A stretch of DNA of 64,000 bases from Glaucostegus cemiculus (taxonomy: Eukaryota). The stretch lies in assembly GCA_976551045.1 (NCBI GenBank), contig CDPCPM010000263.1:1054001-1118000 (forward strand), read 5' to 3'. Both the position numbers and the translations under genes were made by a program. The notes under the pieces are model-generated. The model had not been told where the DNA came from. It worked only from the letters and a program-made list of their open reading frames with translations, and searched no databases. Below, piece after piece: positions 50,185-63,429 of the stretch. Position 1 is the first letter of the stretch. Each line of letters opens with the position of its first letter.

Positions 50185-50595
50185 GAATCAGGATCAGAAC
50201 CAGTTTTATTGTCACTATCATATACACATACAGTATGCATAGGAGCGCAATACCGTACTCCACAGGTCACATTAAAAAAAAGAGAAACAGATACTGAGAA
50301 ACACAGAGACAGAGAGACACTAAAAACATCAGAACCACAAAATTAAATTATACAACTTAAATAAATAATCTTAAAGTGAGTGTACTGGCAGCGGACACTT
50401 AAAGCGCTGGTGCGTTTCTGTACGCCTAGCATCCTTTAGTGTTGGCGGGAGTGATGGAGGGATGAGGGAGTTCACAGTTCTAATAGCTTGTGGGAAGAAG
50501 CTATTGCACAGTCTAGTTGTCCTTGCCCAGATGCACTGGAGCCGCCTTCCAGACGGCAAGAGTGTGAAGAGATGGTAGGAGGGGTGAGAGGACAG
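50185..50595 (-). mobile_element. Rex1/Babar LINE 3' end
   Basis: PSGRRLQCIWARTTRLCNSFFPQAIR; same UTR as the 11644 element. Confidence 0.85.
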
Positions 50596-50669
50596 CCCAA
50601 CTGCACCTCCTCAGCCCCCGGGTAACGAGTGCACCTCGTCGACTCCACTCACCTCACTCATGTCCAGCA

Positions 50670-51048
50670 CCAGAACCAGAACCAGAACCAGAAACGGGTT
50701 TTCTATCACTGACTTACATACAGGGCAAAGACATAAACATCACTATAAATTACAAAATAAATAACGCAAACTAAAGGAATAATGAGGTAGTGTTCATGCC
50801 TTCACGGGCTGTTCAGAAAGCTGATGGCAGAGGGGAAGAAGCTGTTCCTGAATCGTTGAGTGTGGGTCTTCAGGCTCCTGTACCTCCTCCCCGATGGTAG
50901 TAACGAGAAGAGGGCACGTCGCAGGTGGTGAGGGTCCTTAGTGATGGATACTGCCTTCTAGAGGCACCGCCTCTTGAAGATGTCCTTGATGGCTGGGAGA
51001 CTTGTACCTATGATGGAGCTGGCTGAGTCTACAACCCTCTGCAGCCTC
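50670..51048 (-). mobile_element. Rex1/Babar LINE 3' end (second family)
   Basis: Reverse complement matches 6878-7150; (CCAGAA)n tail. Confidence 0.8.
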
Positions 51049-51114
51049 AAGAACAAATTACAAAAAGAATGGCAGGAGAAATTCCCCCTCAGTCATATGT
51101 GTTAAGTTCAAGAA

Positions 51115-51395
51115 CCAGAGGGCAGAGGGCATAGGTTTAAGGTGAGAGGGGAGAGATTTAATAGGAACCTGAGGGGCAACTTCTTCACCTAGAGGGTGGT
51201 CCATTAATGGAACGAGCTGCCAGAGGAGGTGCATTAACAACATTTAAAAGGCACTCGGACAGGTACATGGATAGAAAAAGATTTTAGAAGGATATTAACC
51301 AGAAGGTGGCAAATGGGACTAGTGTAGATGGGGCATCTTGGTCGGCATGGACCAGTTGGGCCGAAGGGCCTGTTTCCGTGCTGTGTGACTCTATG
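51115..51395 (+). mobile_element. CR1 LINE 3' end
   Basis: AGAGGGCATAGGTTTAAGGTGAGAGG...GGGCCGAAGGGCCTGTTTCCGTGCTG tail. Confidence 0.85.
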
Positions 51396-51973
51396 TAAGG
51401 GTGCTTTGTATCAGGAAAGCACGAGATTCCACATTTCTGCAATTCTACCATTCCAATGGCCTGGTATTCAAGTCATTGAGAACCTTCAAGGTGGAGACAG
51501 GTGATCTTGTTTAACTCCGGGAATCAGACGTTACAGGGAGCAGGCAGGTGGATCTGAAGATCAGACCATCCGGGGCTGTGTTGAACAGCAGGGCAGACTC
51601 CAGTGCCTCGTTCCTATGTGGCAGAAATACCTCGTCCCTGTTTGATTGACCCGACATCAGTCGGATGCACTCAGACAAGGCCAATCTGTTCACTTCCCAT
51701 AGTCCAGATACTCCCACACTGCAATCCCAGTGGCAGTGCCCTCCTCCCTCTGTCCCTTAAAGTGGTTCCGTGTGCCTGGGATGGGCTTCCATTGCATCCA
51801 TCATCCTCAGTTGCCAGTTCCCAGGGACAGGATGGGATCTCACAGGAACATCCCACCTGTCCGGATCCTGCTCTGCTCCAGTACCCGCGTTTGGTTGCGC
51901 AAGAGAGGTTGGCAGCTGGAATGGAAGGGATGAGCAGAAGCAATGATCATCCACCTACTGCAGCCCGACATGC

Positions 51974-52775
51974 GCTGGGGCTGTGTGTGTGCTGGTGGGG
52001 GTGAGCTGGGGCTGTGTGTGTGCTGGTGGGGGTGAGCTGGGGCTGTGTGTGTGCTGGTGGGGTTGTGCTGGGGCTGTGTGTGTGCTGGTGGGGGTGAGCT
52101 GGGGCTGTGTGTGTGCTGGTGGGGTTGTGCTGGGGCTGTGTGTGTGCTGGTGGGGCTGTGCTGGGGCTGTGTGTGTGCTGGTGGGGGTGAGCTGGGGCTG
52201 TGTGTGTGCTGGTGGGGTTGTGCTGGGGCTGTGTGTGTGCTGGTGGGGGTGTGCTGGGGCTGTGTGTGTGCTGGTGGGGGTGTGCTGGGGCTGTGTGTGT
52301 GCTGGTGGGGGTGTGCTGGGGCTGTGTGTGTGCTGGTGGGGGTGAGCTGGGGCTGTGTGTGTGCTGGTGGGGGTGAGCTGGGGCTGTGTGTGTGCTGGTG
52401 GGGGTGAGCTGGGGCTGTGTGTGTGCTGGTGGGGGTGTGCTGGGGCTGTGTGTGTGCTGGTGGGGGTGTGCTGGGGCTGTGTGTGTGCTGGTGGGGGTGA
52501 GCTGGGGCTGTGTGTGTGCTGGTGGGGGTGTGCTGGGGCTGTGTGTGTGCTGGTGGGGGTGTGCTGGGGCTGTGTGTGTGCTGGTGGGGGTGTGCTGGGG
52601 CTGTGTGTGTGCTGGTGGGGTTGTGCTGGGGCTGTGTGTGTGCTGGTGGGGTTGTGCTGGGGCTGTGTGTGTGCTGGTGGGGGTGAGCTGGGGCTGTGTG
52701 TGTGCTGGTGGGGTTGTGCTGGGGCTGTGTGTGTGCTGGTGGGGGTGAGCTGGGGCTGTGTGTGTGCTGGTGGGG
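51974..52775. repeat. 31-bp minisatellite x~26
   Basis: Unit GCTGGGGCTGTGTGTGTGCTGGTGG followed by GGGTGA, GGGTGT, GGTTGT or GGCTGT. Confidence 0.98.
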
Positions 52776-52878
52776 ATTGCGTGTGATGTGGGTTAAGGTT
52801 TTTGTGTGTGTGTGTGTGTTCTGGGGGTGTATGTTGGGGTGTGCGTCTGTAATTTTGGAGTGTTGGTTGGGAGGTGTG

Positions 52879-53051
52879 CACAGAGGTGTGTGAGCACAGA
52901 GGTGTGTGTACACAGAGGGCTGTGTGCTCAGAGGGGTGTACACAGAGGGCTGTGTGCTCAGAGGGGTGTACGCAGAGGGGTGTGCTCAGAGGGGTGTACG
53001 CAGAGGGGTGTGCTCAGAGGGGTGTACACAGAGGGGTGTGTGCTCAGAGGG
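52879..53051. repeat. Second GT-rich minisatellite (GTGTGCTCAGAGGGGTGTAC(A/G)CAGAGGG)
   Basis: Visible ~28-30-bp variable units. Confidence 0.9.
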
Positions 53052-54299
53052 ATGTACTGGCAGGTACATTCTCCTGGCTGTGTTATGTGTTGGTGTTTCT
53101 AACCCAGTGTCTGTCTCCCTGTTCACTCCACGTCCCCAGGCTCCTGGTGCCTGGCCTGGCCCCCGCAGAAGCTCACTGAACCGGGGCCTGCCTTGAGCTG
53201 ACAGCTCAGAGCCTGACCCCAGCTGTAACTTGGCACGGGAGGAGGCTCTGCTCACGACCGGCTCTGGGGTGGGGTGGGGTGGGGTGGGGCCTTTGAGCAG
53301 GGCCTGAGGTGAGCTCATCAGCCTGAGTTCGTCAGCTGACAGCCGGATGAAGAAACATTGCCCCCTGACGCCACTTTTGGAGCTCCCGTGGGAACTGGGG
53401 GGTGGAGGGGCCACTTTGGTTTAATTAAGGACCAAGTGCCGGCTGCAGGAATGTGCTCACCCCATCTGCCGGGGAGGCCGCTGACTGTTATTTATGCTGG
53501 GAACCCGGTCACCTCTGACTTCTGGCCTTTCAGGCTGTCAGGGGGAGTCGACGTGGATGAGAGAGAGTCTGAGCGAGCCTTCCTCCCACCGGGTGAACGC
53601 CCAGCGACGCAAACCCCCGACCCTGCTCTCACCCACAAAAGAGTTCCAAGCAAAACACCGGCCCTGTTCTGTTCTGATCCGCGTCCCGTCTGTACCTATG
53701 TCCCCTGTGAGGCTGCAGTGAGCAGGTTCTTCGTTGTACTTGTACCCCACCGTAGTTTTGTATGTGACAATAAACTCGACTTGACCCGACAGGATCTGTC
53801 GAGGAGAGGATCAAGCAGGAAGTCAGCTTAATAACACACTTGCAAAATTAATTTTTAACAAAAGAATATCAGTATCTATTCATGCATTCTGATGAATCAT
53901 CATTCCTCATTGTGTGTGAGCCATTGTAAGCTCACTTCCTGTTTGTATCGGTCAGGGACCTGGCCACTAGGCCTCAGGGTCAGTCCGAGCTGACCTCATC
54001 CAGCTAGGGTAGTTGGGTTGCTATGGTTGCCGGCTCTGGCTTGCATAGTTCTAGCGGAGCCCCAGCTGCTGGTAGTAAAGGGCGCTTTGAAAATAGCAGT
54101 CTATTTTTGGGCTGCGGGACGAGCCATGGAAAATCACTGCTGCTCCTCCGCCACGTTGGAGAGAGCGAAATCTGCAGAGCTGTGACCCAGAGGCGGACCT
54201 GTGATAAGTCTCAGCTGGCTTCTCTGGCTGGAATGGACACAACGTGACAGATGGCCTAGAGTTTTCCAACAGCCTCCCTTGTTCACCCTGCACATGAGA

Positions 54300-54848
54300 T
54301 CATAGATTCAGAGAGTGTTACAGCACAGAAACAGGCCCTTCGGCCCAGCTCGTCCATGGTGCCCACCAAGCTAGTCCCATTTGCCTGTGCTTGGCCCATA
54401 TCCCTCTAAACCTTTCCTCTCCATGTGCTTATCCAGTTGTCTCTTAAGTGCTGTTATTGTACCTGCCTCAGCCACTTCCTCTGGCAGCCCGTTCCATGTA
54501 CGTATTCACCACCCTCTGCGTGAAGAAGTTGCCCCTCAGGTCCCTTTTAAATCTTTCACCTCTCACCTTAAACCTGTGCCCTCCAGTTTTTAGTTCCCCT
54601 TTTCCTTGGGAAAAAGACTGTGTGCGTTGACCTGATCTGTGCCCCTCACAATTTTATGCACCACTGTAAGGTCACCTATGTTCCAAGGAATAAACGTACG
54701 GGTTAGGAAGTTGTGGGCGTGCTATGTTGGCGCCGGAAGCGTGGCGACACTTGCGGGCTGCCCCCAGAACACTCTATGCAAACGATGCATTTCACTGTGT
54801 GTTTCGATGTACATGAGACTAATAAAGATATCTTATATCTTATCTTAT
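54300..54848. mobile_element. CR1 3' end (- strand, ~54300-54690) joined to the 3' half of V-SINE A (+ strand, 54695-54848)
   Basis: CR1 tail motifs followed by CGTACGGGTTAGGAAG...TAATAAAGATATCTTATATCTTATCTTAT. Confidence 0.8.
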
Positions 54849-55069
54849 GAAGTCCTATATATAAAACTCACTTAAAACTCATTTAAGGTCATTTACAACT
54901 CTGTTGTGTCCTAACTCACACCAGGTCTCACACACCATCTCCCTCAGCTTGCTGATCTACGCTGACTCCTGGTTAAGCCACAACTCATTGCTAACATGTT
55001 CTTCCATATTCTCAACTCTCAGGTCTCCCTCACTTTATTTCTCATTTTCTCAGCGGAAGAGGAGTCATT

Positions 55070-55396
55070 TGGTCGATCTGGTCAATCCAACCAGTCAATC
55101 CAACCGGTCATTCCATCCTGTCAATCCATCCTGTCAATCCATCTGGTCAATCGATCTGGTCAATCCATCCAGTCAATCCATCCGGTCAATCCAACTGGTC
55201 ATTCCATCCTGTCAATCCATCCGGTCAATCCATCCGGTCATTCCATCCAGTCAATCCATCCGGTCATTCCATCTGGTCAATCCATCCTGTCAATCCATCC
55301 GGTCATTCCATCCGGTCAATCCATCCGGTCAATCCATCCAGTCATTCCATCCGGTCATTCCATCCTGTCAATCCATCCAGTCAATCCATCAGGTCA
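55070..55396. repeat. 13-bp minisatellite (GTCA(A/T)TCCATCCN-type) x~25
   Basis: Visible array with variant units. Confidence 0.95.
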
Positions 55397-55574
55397 GAGC
55401 AGAGCAGTTGCCACACCAGGCTGAGATGAAACCACCTACCTGCACTAGGACTGATCTACAGGAACCACTGACCCAACCAAGCAGAAACTCATTGGGATGT
55501 GGGAGTAAACTGAGCCCCCTGCACTATAGAAAGTGTCCTGAAGAGTTGCATCTCTGCCTTGTATGGCAGATGGA

Positions 55575-56042
55575 CTGACAGAAACTGTGGAGAATGGTAA
55601 ACACAGCCCAGCCCAGCACAAGTTCGTCACTTCCTTCCACCCAGTCCATCTTCATGGTGTGTTGCTTCAGGCTAACAGTATCATCAGGGATGCCTGTCAC
55701 CCTGGCCATTCCCTTATCCCTCTTCTACCGTCTGGGAGAAGATACAGGAGCTTGAAAGCCTGGACGTCCAGACTCCAGAACGGCTTCTGCCCGACTGCTG
55801 TCAGACTCCTGAACCAATCACCCCCGTCACAACCCCCTTCCCGGTGGAGCAGCCGCATTGTGGGACCCTGAATTCCACCTGTTCTGTTACTGTCGCTCCT
55901 CACCACTCGGCTTCGTACCATTCCGTTGTTTTGCACTTATCCGTTGTATTTATCATTACCACGTACACTGTTTACTCTGCGAGCTGCACCCAAGCAGGGA
56001 ACATCATCGCACCCTGGTGTATATGACGATATACTAATCTGA
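55575..56042 (+). mobile_element. Rex1/Babar LINE 3' fragment
   Basis: ANSIIRDACHPGHSLIPLLPSGRRYRSLKAWTSRLQNGFCPTAVRLLN. Confidence 0.85.
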
Positions 56043-56679
56043 AGCTGAATGTGGGAAACCCGGACGGCCACAGGGAGAACGTACAAACTCCACATAGACA
56101 GCGCTGGTCTGGACTGTACTGGGGTGACTGCAGCTGCGCAACCTCAACACTACCAGCTGTGCCTTAGTGCTTCACAAGCCTCCTCCTCTTGTACAACTGC
56201 CTGGGATCTGCAATCCAAGGCTCCGGACCACTCTGAATTTAATGGCTCGAACACTGACGGACGTGCTTTCAGCTCTGAGGTTCTCTCTGCCTCTCCTCCT
56301 CACATTTCTCCTTTAAAACGCTCCGTCAAACCTGCCTCTTGGTCACCTGCCTTAACACCGTTCTATGTGGCTACTCGCTCTTTCATCTTGTTCGATGACA
56401 ATTCTGTGCAGTGCCCTGGGAAATTTTACTCTGCTGAAGATGCTGGATAAACGGAAGTTGTTTTTGGCAGAAGGAGGAATCTCCCACGTTCCAGAGTGGA
56501 GCTTAAATTGCCAGATCCTCCCTGAGAGTCTCTCTCGGCCCAGACTCGCTGTGGCAGTGTTGACAGGACACATGCTTTGCTTTTGAGTCCGAGGGTAAAC
56601 CAAGTGACGGTGGCTTGTTCCCCTGATACAAGGGTTGCAACGTGGCACAGTCAGTAGAGCCACAGTCTCACATCTCCAC

Positions 56680-57345
56680 CCGATACGCTGACTGTTCATT
56701 TCCCTCCACAGATGCTGCCTGACCTGCTGAGTTCCTCCAGCGTTTTGTGTGTGTTGCTCCAGATTTCCAGCATCTGCAGAATCTCTTGTGTCGCCGGGTT
56801 CAATCCTGATCTCTAGTGGTGTCCGTGTGTGGAGTTTGCATGTTCTCCCTGTGACAGCGTGGGTTCTACTGGGACGCACATCCCACAGATGTGTGGGTTG
56901 GTAGGTTGGCTGCTGTAAATTGCCCCCTGCGTGCAGGTGAGCAGTGGAATCTGGAAGGAATTGTTGAGGATGTTGGGAGAATGAAAAATGGGATTAATGT
57001 AGTGTAAATGTGGATGGTCAGTGCAACTCGGTGGGCTGATGAGCCTAGTTCTGTCTGATGAGTGTAGCTCTGTGCTGATTGGCCCAGTTCTGTGCTGTAT
57101 GACTCTGAGGGTGGCACATTGGCAGCTGTTAGTACAGCTGCTGCCTCATAGCACCAGAAACCCCAGTTCAATCCTGACCTCTGCTGCTGTCCGTGTGGAG
57201 TTTGAACGTTCTCCCTGTGACCGAGTGTGTTCTATCCAAGGTTCTCCATTCCCTCCCACATCCCAAAGCTATGCGGGTCAGTAAATTACTCGGCTGCTGT
57301 AAATTGCCCCTAGTGTGTAGCTGAACAGTGGAATCTGGGGTGGGG
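56680..57345 (+). mobile_element. Penelope arm (56680-56792) followed by two V-SINE family B copies (~56797-57000, ~57109-57345)
   Basis: Family motifs GGTTCAATCCTGA, V-domain and GCTGTAAATTGCCCC. Confidence 0.75.
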
Positions 57346-57614
57346 GGCGGGGTGGATGGAGACAAAATGAGAGTGTGGGAGAATAAAACAGTAGTATGAA
57401 TGTAGGAAAGGCGCAAACAAGTGTTTGGTGAGGATCGGGTGTGTCGAAGAGACTGTTTCTGCACTCTTATCTCTCTGTCACTCTCTCTGAGTATCCCGAG
57501 AAGGCAGGGGTTGTCTGGAACCGACCGTGGAGTTGCAAAGATCGCCACCCTGTGGGTGATGGTATCAGGGACAGGACTGAATGCAAAGAATCCTTTCCGG
57601 ATGCAGAGATTGGA

Positions 57615-58748
57615 GTCATAGAGTTGTACAGCACAGAAAAAGGCCCTTCAGCCCATGTGTGTCCATGCCGACCAAGATGTGTATTCAAGTTAATCCCATT
57701 TCCAAGCACTTGGTCCATATCCCTCTAAACTCTTGTCATCCATATATCCATCCACGTACTTCTTCAATGTATCCAGTGAACCTGTCTCAGCCTCTTCCTC
57801 TGGCAGCTGGCTCCATATATCTACCACCCTCTGTGTAAAAAAGTCACCTCTCGGGTTCCTATTAAACCTTTCACCTCTAAACTTAAAACGATGTCCTCTG
57901 GTTTTGGATTCTCCAACCGTGGAAAAAAGACCGTTCGCCCTATCGATGCCCCTCATGATTTTAGAACATAGAACATAGATACCTACAGCACAATTCACGC
58001 CCTTCGGCCCACAAAGCTGTGCCGAACATGTCCCCACACTATTAGGCTATCTTATTTACCTCCATGTACCTATCCAACAGTCTCTTGAAAGACCCTAACG
58101 TATCCGCCTCCACCACCATCTCCGGCAGCCCATTCCACGCACTCACCGCTCTCCGAGTAAAAAACTTACCCCTGACATCTTCCCTATATCTTCCCCCCAG
58201 CACCTTAAACCTATGTCCTCTTGTGGCCACCATTTCAGCCCTGGGGAAAAGCCTCTGATTATCTACCCTATCCATACCTCTCATCATCTTATACACCTCA
58301 ATCAGGTCCCCCCTCATCCTCCTTCTCTCCAAGGAGAAAAGGCCGAGTTCCCACAGCCTGCTCTCATAAGGCATGCTCCTCATTCCAGGCAGCATCCTCT
58401 TAAACCTCCTCTGTACCCTCTCTATAGCTTCCACATCCTTCCTGTAGTGAGGCGACCAGAACTGAACACAATACTCCAGGTGGGGTCTGACCAGGGACTG
58501 AAGCAATACCTCCCGACTCCTAAATTCAATCCCTCGACCGATGAAGGACAATACACCATACGCCTTTTATACACCTCTATGAGATCATCCCTCAGTCTCC
58601 CACACTCCAAGGAGTAAAGGCTCCAGACTGTCCAACCTCTCCCTGTAACTCAGTCCCTTCAGTCCTGGCAACATCCTTGTACATCTTTACTACACTCTTT
58701 CCAGTTTAACCACGTCCTTCCTATAACAGGGTGACCAAAACTGAACAC
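57615..58748 (-). mobile_element. Nested CR1 LINE fragments (young copy 57964-58564 inside an older copy)
   Basis: Inner ORF FIGRGIEFRSREVLLQSLVRPHLEYCVQFWSPHYRKD. The outer copy resumes after 58565. Confidence 0.88.
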
Positions 58749-59009
58749 GTCTGCAGTCTCTTGTATCTCCGTTGTAAATGCAACAGTTTTTTTCACATTT
58801 CTCCCTTTATCTACCCCTAATACTGTTTGATTCCACTAGAGAGTCTCCACCTTTGCATCTGTGTGGCTGTTCCCCAAGTCAGTGCGCAGGAGCAGCTCCT
58901 AGAGGGCATCACAATGGAGTTTGGTTCTGTTCCGAGCCAATAGTGGCAGTCAGGTCACAGTTACTTAGGCAGCAACACCCTGGGGAGTGTTGTAGAACCG
59001 AGGGACCTC

Positions 59010-60305
59010 AGGGTACAGGTTCCCTGAAAGTGGCGACACAGGCAGATAGGATTGTGAAGACGTCTGGCACGCTTGCCTTCATCAGTCAGGGCAATGAGTG
59101 CAGGTGCTGGGACATCATGTTGTAACTGTACAAACTGTTGGAAGACTGTGCACAGTTCTGGTCACTCAGCTATAGGAAGGATGTGCAGAAAAGATTCACG
59201 AGGCCGTTATGCTGATGGCATGGTAGCATAGTGGTTAGCACAATGCTTTACAGTGCCAGTGACCCGGGTTCAAATCCGGCCAGAGTTTGTATGTTCTCCC
59301 TGTGTCTGTGTGGGTTTCCTCTGGGTGCTCTGGTTTCCTCTGGTTGTAAGGGTTAGGAAGTTATGGGCATGCTATTTTGGCGCCGAAAGCGTGGTGACAC
59401 TTGTGGGCTGCCCCCCAAAAAATCACTACGAAAAAGATGTATTTCACTGTGTGTTTTGATGTACACGTGACTAATGAAGATCTTATCTTACTGGCACTGA
59501 AGGCCTTGAGTTATAAGGAGAGGCTGGATAGGCTGGGGCTCTTTTCCCCTGGAGCACAGGAGGCTGAGGGGTGACCTTATAGAGATATATAAAACCATCA
59601 GGGGCATAGATAAGGTAGATCATTACAGTCTTTATTCCCAGGGTGGGAGGCTAAACCTAGAGTGCATAGGTTTAAGGAGAGAGGGGAAAGACTTAAAAGG
59701 GACCTGAGGGGCAACTTGTTCACACAGGGAGCAGTGGGTATGTGGAATGACTCGCCAGAGGAGGTGGTAGAGGTGGGGAGGAGGAGAATGAGAGGTGACG
59801 TGATAGAGGTGTACAAGATGATAAAAGGCATAGATCAAGTGGACAGTCAGAGACTTTTTCCCAGAGTGACAATGGCTAACATGAGGGGACATAATTTTAA
59901 GGTAATTGGAGAAGATGTAAGAGGGATGTCAGGGGTAAGTTCTTTACACAGAGAGTGGTGGGTGTGTGGAACGCACTGCCTGCAGAGGTTGTGGGGGCAG
60001 ATACACTAGGGACATTTAACAGAGTTTTAGATAGACACATGAATGATAGAGCAATGAGGGGTTATGTGGGAGGGAAGGGTTAGATAGATCTTAGAGCAGG
60101 ATAAAATGTCGACACAACATTGTGGGCCGAAGGGCCTGTACTGTACTGTAATGTTCTATGTTCTGTGGTTGCAATTACAAAGTTTAAAAGACTTTGGACA
60201 GGATATGGGCCAATGCAGACAAATGTGTTGGGACAGACGCCTGGGTCGGCATGGACAAGTTGGGCTGAAGGGCCTGTTGCCGTGCTGTATAACTCCACGA
60301 CTCTG
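59010..60305 (+). mobile_element. CR1 fragment with nested V-SINE A (59217-59490) and a second CR1 3' end (~59778-60164)
   Basis: CR1 peptide motifs are interrupted and resume; two separate GGGC(C/T)GAAGGGCCTG tails. Confidence 0.8.
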
Positions 60306-61097
60306 TGTTGCAGCAGAGCTCAGCTGCCCAGTGCAGGAAACTAGTCACATGTTTTCCCTGCCCCCTCCCCTCCCCACCCCACACCCCTCCCCACCAACCC
60401 TTCTCAGCGATGGGCCAACACTGTTCACTTCACACCAGAGGCCAACACAACCTGAAGACAGGAAAGGAGGGAGAATCTGCACTGCTGTAGCACCCACCGG
60501 CCCCCATGTACAAGAGTGCTATGCTGACAGTGGCTTATTTTGGGCTTGCAGTCACTGTTGTGATGGAGACGAAGTGTGCACAGCTAGATCCCACAAGCTG
60601 CTGATGCCATGGCCACTAACAGAGGGACAGAGCGAGGACAGACAGCAGAGTTTTCACAGGGTTGCATAGGTTGGGAGACCTCGGGAGGAACAGATCTATT
60701 AAAGGATTCGAGCGCAGACAAGCCACTCAGCTCCACCGATCGATTCCAGTGTTTTCTGCTCCCACCAGGCCTGCTCCATCTTATTTTCACCCTTGGGAAC
60801 TCACTCAACTTCCCCTTAAATGCATCAGCTCCTCACCCCAGCCGCTGCTCTGCTCGCTGCCCTACACGACCCGTGATCCCAGGGCAAGGCTGAGTGATTC
60901 TCAGGAGACAGGGGTAAGGACTCAACCCCACCCAGGTTACAGGACAAGCTGAGGCTCGGACAAGCTCCACATTACAGAGAGCGGGACGAGCAGAGCAGAC
61001 CGGGAGAGGGCCAGAATGTCCAAGGTGGGAGCTTCCTGAAGGATGGGCCGGGGTTTCAGCCGTTCAGGAGCGGAATTGGAAGATGTTGGCACAGACA

Positions 61098-61596
61098 TTG
61101 ACATTGGTATTGGTTTATTATTGTCACTTGTACCGAGGTACAGTGAAAACTGATTGTACAGGTCAATTCATTACACAGTGCAGATACATTGAGTTAGCAC
61201 AGAGTGCATTGATGTAGTACAGTTAAAAACAATAACAGTACAGAGTAAAGTGTCATAGCTACAGTGCAATAAGGTGCAAGAAGAATTAAAATGCTATTAA
61301 TAATAAGATAAGATAACATATTTATGAGTCACAAGTACATCGAAACATACAGTGAAATGCATTTTTTGCATAGTGTTCTGGGGGGCAGCCCACAAGTGTC
61401 GCCACACTTCTGGCGCCAACGTAGCGTGCCCACAACTTCCTAACCCGTACGTCTTTGGAATGTGGGATGAAACCGGAGCACCTGGAGGAAACCCACGCAG
61501 ACACGGGGAGAACGTACAAACTCCTTACAGACGGTGGCGGGAATTGAACCTGGGTCGCTGGCGCTGTAAAGCGTTACGCTAACCGCTACACTACCA
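61098..61596 (-). mobile_element. Rex1/Babar tail (61098-61280) adjacent to V-SINE A (61303-61596)
   Basis: Reverse complements of the 42270-42440 and 47424-47712 families. Confidence 0.85.
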
Positions 61597-63429
61597 TACT
61601 GTGACATAGAGTTTAAATTTTAAAAGTGTAGAACGATTATAGTAAGGGTAATGAGTAGATCTGTAGAGAGCAGCTTGCAACGAGTCGCCACACTCCGGTG
61701 CCACCTTGCAAGGTGAAGGACCTGTTCCCGTGCTCTACTGTTCCACGTCCGGCATCCCTGAGGGTGGATTTCTGTGGGACGGAATGCTAACAGGCCGACA
61801 CTGCAGGAAAATCGGTTGCTGGGGTCAGAATTTGCAGCAGAGGTCAGGCCTTTGAAAGAGAGTTCAAAACTTTCGAAGAACATCTGCCTCTTCATGCTGT
61901 GAGCTTGAGGAGAAAGGGAGGGACTGGGATAAATACCGTGACATGACAGCATGAGTTTCGACACATCTCTCGCCTTGCTCCATACTCGCTGTTCATTCAG
62001 ATTCTTTCATTTTAAATAATAAAGCACTTGCGCAATCGGAAGACGAGACCCAGTGCTCCCCCGGATTTAATGGGGACCTTTCCTTCCATTATGGTTTGTT
62101 CCTGTTTTGCAAAGCACTGAGTCACCTGGAGCTGGTCACTGAATCATTTCCTTTCAGCGCATGACATCACCTCTCCTTGAAGAATGTGGCCTCCACACCG
62201 CCCCCATGGCCGGCTGTGTGCTGCAGTAGGGGGCGACAGAGAGGCAAACATGCGTCAGACAGCCAACCTTCAGATCAGCTGAGCCAATGCAATGGGATTA
62301 ATCCAGTCCTCACCTGAACACTTCTTCAGCCTCTTTTTTTAACCACGACCCAACTACTGCTTGCCTCTCCCTGATAAGCTGGCACATTCACACTGTTCTG
62401 AGCCTCTGAGACTCTTTCTGAACACATCGCTAATATTCCAGCGAATGGTTATCGGCCTGAAATGTTAGCCTTGTTTTTCTCTCTTCACACATGCCGCCCG
62501 GCCTGCTGAGTGTTTCCAGCATTCTCTGTTTGAACTTCAGGATTCCAGCATCTGCAGCATTTTATTTCTGGGATGCTTTTAACGGTGGCTACACAAGGTC
62601 CAGTTCCCGGCCTCACAATCCACTCCCACATTCTCCTGCTTGCTGATCTGTTCTTGCAGGTGGGCCCCACCAAATGACTCCAAGCAGAATCTGGGGGTAG
62701 TGAACTTGTCAGCTGTACGGTGTTTCTACAAGTCTGTGGAGCTGCAAGTCCAGAGTTGATCCATTTCAGCTGATAAATTGCTGATGCATCTGTAACTGAG
62801 CCCAGACACCGTTAACCCCTTCAAAGCCGCACCGTGGTCAGACCCACCAGCCTGTGATCTGTAAGAAGTAACTTGGATGAGTAACATCCCAATCAACCCT
62901 CAGTGTCATGGATAAGGAGGGCTCCACACTTACACAGCAACTTTCAGGTCATCTCAATGCACCGAAGAGCCACGGAGATATTTCTGGACTGGTTACTGCA
63001 ATTTAGCTGAATCATACAAAGCAACTGCCACGAGATAATAAACTGACAATCTGTTTTATTGAAGTAAGTATTGCCAAGGGCCTTTTCACCCTTGATGACT
63101 CAGCTGAGAAACGGTACCTTTGGCTCTGCCGCACTCCTTCTGTACTGCAGTGGGAGTTGGACTACGTATAGAAACATTGAAATATAGGAAACCTACAGCG
63201 CATTTCAGGCCTTTCGGCCCACAAAGCCATGCCGAACATGTCCCCACCTTAGAGACCCATAGCCCTCTATTTTGTGCTGGAAATCGGACCCAGGAACTTT
63301 CGAATTGAGGATACGGGAGCACCTCACTGTCCTTCAGGAGGCCAGTGTACTGAGGCTGAAAAATAATCAAAGGACAATTCCGTGGAGGTCATGGGGAGAA
63401 ACAGATGCCCCTGGTACTGAAAGAAGAGA

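Noticed and set aside
51840-52943. 367-aa and 308-aa mucin/extensin-like ORFs
   Set aside because: Translations of the 31-bp minisatellite. The unit length is not a multiple of 3 and there is no gene context.
51974-55396. CRISPR-like arrays
   Set aside because: Head-to-tail repeats without unique spacers; vertebrate context and no cas genes.
54904-55578. 224-aa repetitive ORF
   Set aside because: Translation of the 13-bp minisatellite.
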